11,355 nt of DNA from Thermodesulfovibrionales bacterium (GTDB lineage: Bacteria > Nitrospirota > Thermodesulfovibrionia > Thermodesulfovibrionales > UBA6898), in contig JBIOIY010000072.1 of assembly GCA_044450345.1 (NCBI GenBank), positions 1 to 11,355 of the forward strand, read 5' to 3'. Position 1 is the stretch's first letter; every line of letters starts with the position of its first letter. Shown here in pieces: positions 7,164-11,355 of this stretch. The notes beneath the pieces are model-generated. The model did no database searches. It saw nothing but the letters and a program-made list of their open reading frames with translations, and was not told the origin of the DNA. Position numbers and translations under genes: made by a program.

Positions 7164-7223
7164 GCGAGAAAACTCGGCATAACCGGGAGGATGATAGGGT
7201 ACAAGATCATCAGATACGGCATC
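7164..7223 (+). pseudogene. Remnant of a Fis-type (HTH_8) helix-turn-helix from a sigma54 activator (NifA/NtrC-like C-terminus)
   Basis: Translates as ARKLGITGRMIGYKIIRYGI, resembling the AARLLGITxRxIGYKIKKYGI end of NifA-like activators. No AAA+ domain upstream. Confidence 0.6.
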
Positions 7224-7273
7224 AGCGCTGAATTTCACGCTGAGTTCGGAAAGATTAAAGGGGTGGAATTGAC

Positions 7274-7591
7274 TCAGCCGACGATGCCGATAAAACGGTC
7301 GTAAGTGATATTCTTGTTGAATGCGATGCCTGTAAAATAATCGTTTCCCTGGGAAGAGATCGAAGCAATGCTCCCTTCAAAGATGTCAGGCCCCCCGGGG
7401 GAGTCGACCATAAGCTCAACGGAGACCGCAGTGGCTTTCTCCAGAAAAACATCGGTATAAAACCCCATCCCCCCCTGCGAGATGGTATTTACCCTTACAG
7501 TCAGTTTCTCCGGCGATCCGTCAATCAGCCTTACGAGCACTGCCTTGGCGCAGATTGAATACCTCTTAAATCTACGATATTTCTTAATCAC
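7274..7591 (-). CDS. Single-domain PilZ protein
   Basis: RRFKR (RxxxR) followed by NTISQGGMGF and C-terminal TGIAF. GTG 7591 with SD GAGGT preferred over TTG 7606. Confidence 0.8.
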   Translation of the reverse strand: MIKKYRRFKRYSICAKAVLVRLIDGSPEKLTVRVNTISQGGMGFYTDVFLEKATAVSVELMVDSPGGPDIFEGSIASISSQGNDYFTGIAFNKNITYDRFIGIVG

Positions 7592-7915
7592 AGATGCCGA
7601 CCTCAAAACTTACAGGGTATGTGCCGTCATGAGAAATTCTCTCAATCAAGTATGAATATATTATACATTTATAAATGAGTAATATCTCAAATACCGCTAA
7701 CTTTACGCCCAGGCGCTTCATCAGTAACCGGACCAGGCTCAGGCAGAACACATCCATAAACGTGAAGTGGATGGCAAGACAGGGCAGAGCCGGTCGCCTA
7801 TGTATTTCGCCGGCCATGCCTCATGTAATGGCCGCCGCCTTATGCTAATATATGACTAGTATGCATTGCTTTTTTGGACCTTTACGCATCGGGAATCAGT
7901 CCGGGGTGAAATTTT

Positions 7916-8866
7916 ATGGCGATTGATGAGACCTACGAAGTGATCATTGTCGGCGCGGGGCCTGCCGGGCTTACCGCCGGGCTTTATAGCCAAAGGGCCG
8001 CGCTGAAAACGGTCCTGTTTGAGAGAGGATTGATCGGCGGCCAGATCGCCATATCAAAAGACGTGGAGAATTATCCCGGGATGGAGGCCATAACCGGCTT
8101 TGACCTGGCCGAGAAGATGGCCCACCACGCCAGGTCCTTCGGCCTGAATGTTGTCCAGCAGGATGTTGAGGCGGTAACAGCCGGACCCGATATACACTCT
8201 GTCCGGCTTGCCGGCGGCGAACTTGTCAGGACCGTTGCGCTGATCCTCGCTGCAGGCGGCTCCGTACGAAAGCTCGGCATCCCCGGTGAAGGGGAATACC
8301 TCGGACTCGGTGTTTCCTACTGTGCCACCTGCGATGGCTTTTTCTTCAGGGGTAAGACTGTCGTTGTCGTCGGCGGGGGGGACACCGCCGTCGAGGAGGC
8401 TCTCTATCTCTCCAAGCTGGCGAGAAAAGTATATCTCATTCACAGAAAAAAGACGCTTCGGGCGAGCAAGATACTCCAAAGCCGTCTCCTAAGTGAGCCG
8501 ATGATCGAGATAGTATGGAACACGATTATTACGGAAATCAGGGGTAGCGGGAGCGCGGTTGAAGCCGTCTCTTTAGAAAATACAGAGACAGGGGAAAAGG
8601 GAGAATTGACGACCGACGGCGTTTTCATATTTATCGGGTATTCTCCGAATAATCAATTGATCCCTTCAGGGGTCCGGATGAATGAGCAGGGTTTTGTAAT
8701 TACCGATGAGAAGTGTGCGACGAACATCCCCGGTATCTTCGCGGTCGGAGATATCAGGCAAAAGTTTGCCAACCAGATCGTGGTGGCTGCGGCGGATGGG
8801 TGCATAGCCGCTCTGGCTGCAGCGCATTATGTCGAGGCGCATAAAGCAGGAACCAGGTCGTCCTGA
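7916..8866 (+). CDS. trxB: Thioredoxin-disulfide reductase
   Basis: GAGPAGLTAG (FAD), ENYPG, GVSYCATCDG redox CxxC, GGGDTAVEEA (NADPH), TNIPGIFAVGD. Confidence 0.97.
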   Translation: MAIDETYEVIIVGAGPAGLTAGLYSQRAALKTVLFERGLIGGQIAISKDVENYPGMEAITGFDLAEKMAHHARSFGLNVVQQDVEAVTAGPDIHSVRLAGGELVRTVALILAAGGSVRKLGIPGEGEYLGLGVSYCATCDGFFFRGKTVVVVGGGDTAVEEALYLSKLARKVYLIHRKKTLRASKILQSRLLSEPMIEIVWNTIITEIRGSGSAVEAVSLENTETGEKGELTTDGVFIFIGYSPNNQLIPSGVRMNEQGFVITDEKCATNIPGIFAVGDIRQKFANQIVVAAADGCIAALAAAHYVEAHKAGTRSS

Positions 8867-8899
8867 CCATGTGTATGAGCACTTTCCGGAGATAAAATC

Positions 8900-10009
8900 T
8901 TGGGCGATCTTTTTGCGGTTGCAGAGCGGTTCACACTAAGTGGCAGGGTCATCGATGTCCGGGAATTCGGGAACGGCAATATCAATAACACCTTTCTGGT
9001 GACCCTGGATACGAAAATGGACTCCGAAGGGGAAAGACACTTTGTCCTGCAGCGCATCAACACTCATGTATTTCGCCGGCCGGAACTCGTCATGCACAAT
9101 ATTCGTATTGCCACCGGGCATATCATACGCCGGCTGGAGTGTACCACCCAGAGTCCGGGCCGCCGATGGGAGGTACTTCAAGTGCTTCCTGCGCATGACG
9201 GCGGAGACCATTGGATCGGTACTGACGGGTCGTTCTGGCGCGCAGTCAGCTTTATCGGGGGCTCGCAGTCTTTTGACACCATAAAAGATATTGATCACGC
9301 AAGAGAAGTAGGATATGCGCTCGGCATGTTCCATACCCTCCTGAGTGACCTGCCTCCCGGAAATCTGGCTGATACACTGGAAGGGTTCCATATTACGCCC
9401 CGCTACCTGCGGCGCTACGACGAGGTCCTTGCCCAGCGTGGTGCGGCCGGCTCCTCTGAAGTAAATTATTGCCTGCAGTCTGTAGGAAAGCGAAATGACT
9501 GGGCGCATGTCCTTGAGGATGCCAGGGCGAAGGGCAGACTGTATCTTCGTCCTATCCACGGCGATCCAAAGGTGAACAATATCATGATGGACACCGCCAC
9601 AGGGCAGGCCGTCAGCATCGTCGACCTGGACACGGTGAAGCCTGGTCTGGTCCAGTATGATATCGGTGACTGCCTCCGCTCCGGCTGCAATCGCCTCGGA
9701 GAAGAAACCGAGGCATGGGAGACTGTGGTTTTCGACACGGATCTATGCCGTGCCATCCTGCAGGGCTATCTTTCGATGGCGAGAGAGTTCCTCACCGGGG
9801 ATGACTATGTCTACCTCTACGATTCGGTCCGCCTGATTGCGTTCGAGCTTGGACTGAGGTTTTTTACAGACTATCTGGAAGGCAACGTCTACTTTAAGGT
9901 CCGACGTCCGGAACAAAATCTTGCAAGGGCCCTTGTCCAGTTCAAGCTCACCGAAAGTATCGAATCGCAGGAAACAGCCATCCGAAACATCATCCGTGGC
10001 ATCAGATGA
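8900..10009 (+). CDS. Phosphotransferase enzyme family protein (APH/choline-kinase fold; N-acetylhexosamine 1-kinase-like)
   Basis: GNGNINNTFLV, FVLQRIN, Brenner-type IHGDPKVNN, IVDLDTVKPG and LRFFTDYLEGNVYFK. TTG start with SD GGAGA at 8888-8892. Confidence 0.88.
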   Translation: MGDLFAVAERFTLSGRVIDVREFGNGNINNTFLVTLDTKMDSEGERHFVLQRINTHVFRRPELVMHNIRIATGHIIRRLECTTQSPGRRWEVLQVLPAHDGGDHWIGTDGSFWRAVSFIGGSQSFDTIKDIDHAREVGYALGMFHTLLSDLPPGNLADTLEGFHITPRYLRRYDEVLAQRGAAGSSEVNYCLQSVGKRNDWAHVLEDARAKGRLYLRPIHGDPKVNNIMMDTATGQAVSIVDLDTVKPGLVQYDIGDCLRSGCNRLGEETEAWETVVFDTDLCRAILQGYLSMAREFLTGDDYVYLYDSVRLIAFELGLRFFTDYLEGNVYFKVRRPEQNLARALVQFKLTESIESQETAIRNIIRGIR

Positions 10010-10545
10010 AGGTCCGAAGCTATTCCCTGAAACAATTCCCATCAGAGTGCCTTGAGTCCAAAATAAGGATTACAGGAAAAATCGTACGGCATTCCAACAC
10101 CCTTTCTCTCAGCTATGAGCTTACCGGCCCTCTGGCGGATATCATTATTCCCGCACGCGTAGATATACCGTCCCGCAAATACGGTCTATGGGAAGAGACA
10201 TGTTTCGAGTTCTTCGTCTGCGCAGAGGGTTCCGATAACTACCGGGAATTCAACCTCTCTCCGGCCGGTCACTGGAATGTCTACCGGTTCACGTCGTACC
10301 GCCTGGGCATGCAGGAGGAACCGGCCTTCCTGTCGCTCCCTTTCAGCGTCCGGGTCAACGCCGGCAGCCTTTGTCTTTCCCTCGAACTCGATCTGGAAAA
10401 AATTTTCACGGCCGGTCAGGCTTTAAAGGTCGCAGTCGGCGCCGTCATTAAAAACATAGATGGCAAGATTACTTACTGGGCGTTGGCCCATCCGGGCCCT
10501 CAGCCCGACTTTCACCGGAGAGAGAGTTTTATTGTCGAGGTGTGA
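10006..10545 (+). CDS. DOMON-like domain protein
   Basis: GLWEETCFEFF…YREFNLSPAGHWNVYRFTSYR…YWALAHPGPQPDFHRRESF. ATGA overlap with the kinase gene. Confidence 0.85.
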   Translation: MKVRSYSLKQFPSECLESKIRITGKIVRHSNTLSLSYELTGPLADIIIPARVDIPSRKYGLWEETCFEFFVCAEGSDNYREFNLSPAGHWNVYRFTSYRLGMQEEPAFLSLPFSVRVNAGSLCLSLELDLEKIFTAGQALKVAVGAVIKNIDGKITYWALAHPGPQPDFHRRESFIVEV

Positions 10546-10616
10546 GACTGGTCTCCATCATTTGAGCCATTGATCTGCTGTTCACTTGTTATTGAGGCGG
10601 AGAAGTTCTTATCTAT

Positions 10617-10758
10617 CAGGCTGTTGAAAAAATCTTATTTTGTCAAAAAAGTCTGTCATACCCGCGAAGGCGGGTATCCAGAAGTCTAGGAAAATACTGG
10701 ATTCCCGTTTTTACGGGAATGACGTTTAAGGGCCGCAATGGAGTTCTTCAGCAGCCTG
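10617..10758. mobile_element. 142-bp MITE with 15-bp TIRs and a 4-bp target duplication, containing an inverted REP doublet
   Basis: CAGGCTGTTGAAAAA (10617-10631) vs TTCTTCAGCAGCCTG (10744-10758), 13/15 inverted match. CTAT flanks both ends (10613-10616, 10759-10762). Confidence 0.8.
10655..10723. repeat. Inverted pair of 27-bp REP-like palindromes (GTCATWCCCG…CGGGWATCCAG)
   Basis: GTCATACCCGCGAAGGCGGGTATCCAG (10655-10681) and CTGGATTCCCGTTTTTACGGGAATGAC (10697-10723). Confidence 0.85.
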
Positions 10759-10825
10759 CTATACGCTCGGGGAGTTGTTTAGAAACAAATAAGCTTGAAG
10801 GTTAGGCGCCAAAGGAGGAGTTTAT

Positions 10826-10961
10826 CCCTCGTTGGAATAACGCCCCCAGGCTCCCTGCCTGCTGGCAGGCAGGAGCCTCTCCCCCTCTTTCCGCACTCAG
10901 GCGGATTCGCCGAGGTGAAAAGATAAGAGGGGGTTAAGGGGAGTTATGATTCTGGAGAGGG
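10826..10961. repeat. Nested palindromic (REP/MITE-like) repeat cluster
   Basis: ATAACGCCCC (10837-10846) / GGGGAGTTAT (10938-10947); CCCCCTCTT (10881-10889) / AAGAGGGGG (10925-10933); inner hairpin AGGCTCCCTGCCTGC-tg-GCAGGCAGGAGCCT (10848-10878); small TCCGC/GCGGA and TTCGCC/GGTGAA hairpins. Confidence 0.65.
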
Positions 10962-11220
10962 TGAGGGGAATTTTCCGGAAATGTGCATTCAATCATGAGA
11001 CACTTAATAATTGTCCGTTACGGCCTACTTCACTTTTTCAATGAATCCCTTAGCGGACTTGAAAATGGCCTTGATAGTAAGCGGGGGTGAAAAGTTCACC
11101 GACTAATTTTCAGGTATTAAAGACTGAAACTATTGAAGATTTACAAGAGAAACAAACAGCCAAAAGCTCAAACTCACCGCCGGTTGTGCCGTATTCGAAG
11201 ATCCGTCCATCTGAGATGAG

Positions 11221-11259
11221 TAATAAAAAGGGATGCATGATTTGAGACATGCATCCCTT
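11221..11259 (-). terminator. Rho-independent terminator for a minus-strand transcript entering from the right
   Basis: Perfect inverted repeat AAGGGATGCATG (11228-11239) / CATGCATCCCTT (11248-11259), 8-nt loop. On the minus strand the GC core is followed by TTTTTATTA. Confidence 0.75.
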
Positions 11260-11263
11260 CTCA

Positions 11264-11353
11264 TCAGCCTCTTAATTTCGCCGCTATGGCAGTGTGAAGC
11301 TTGTGTGCCAGAGATAGTGGGTGCTGAGACTGCCCGAAGGAAATACGACAACA
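11264..11353 (-). CDS. Possible 3' end of a CDS from beyond the right edge (…LSLAHKLHTAIAAKLRG*)
   Basis: Open frame ending in tandem TGA TGA immediately before the terminator. Another frame ending in TAG is also possible. Confidence 0.25.
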   Translation of the reverse strand, partial: CCRISFGQSQHPLSLAHKLHTAIAAKLRG

Positions 11354-11355
11354 AA

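Noticed and set aside
7630..7677. Short palindromes TGAGA-N5-TCTCA and CATTTATAAATG upstream of pilZ
   Set aside because: Expected by chance in AT-rich promoter DNA, and no match to an operator I recognise.
8936..9559. 207-aa minus-strand ORF
   Set aside because: Antisense shadow of the phosphotransferase gene.
8900..10009. Aminoglycoside resistance gene
   Set aside because: Only the fold is shared. Length and motifs fit NahK-like sugar kinases better than APH resistance enzymes.
10617..10961. CRISPR array or integron attC sites
   Set aside because: No regularly spaced direct repeats with spacers, no cas or intI gene, and no convincing attC core-site pairs.
11025..11099. 24-codon minus-strand ORF ending TIKAIFKSAKGFIEKVK, faintly like an HU/IHF C-terminus
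   Set aside because: Too short, lacks the GRNP motif and an SD, and cannot be supported without a search.
11130..11354. 74-aa minus-strand ORF
   Set aside because: Reads through a strong terminator hairpin and has no motif.

Overview
Bacterial chromosomal window of mostly housekeeping, redox and stress genes. Gene content and repeat style suggest a Nitrospirota (Thermodesulfovibrionia-like) or deltaproteobacterial-type anaerobe, which is an inference. Gene order: tandem USP(+), DUF3147-like membrane protein(+), YceI(-), Nfu/NifU-C(+), AhpD/CMD(-), orphan GroES-like(-), variant family-4 uracil-DNA glycosylase(+), atpI and atpZ-like genes(-) without other atp genes, TorD/DmsD chaperone(-), PAS-GAF histidine kinase(-), a remnant Fis-type HTH(+), PilZ protein(-), trxB(+), NahK/APH-like kinase(+) and DOMON-like protein(+). 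Intergenic DNA holds three distinct palindromic miniature elements: a two-hairpin element at 4135-4251, a 142-bp TIR/TSD MITE carrying a REP doublet at 10617-10758, and nested palindromes at 10826-10961. No rRNA, tRNA, CRISPR array, transposase or phage gene was seen, and I cannot support a complete novel multi-gene system. Best leads: (1) the orphan kinase combining a FixL-like PAS histidine with a Cys/His-rich GAF; (2) the UDG lacking half its Fe-S ligands and the uracil-pocket Asn; (3) the composite MITE; (4) a 9-codon leader ORF coupled to yceI.
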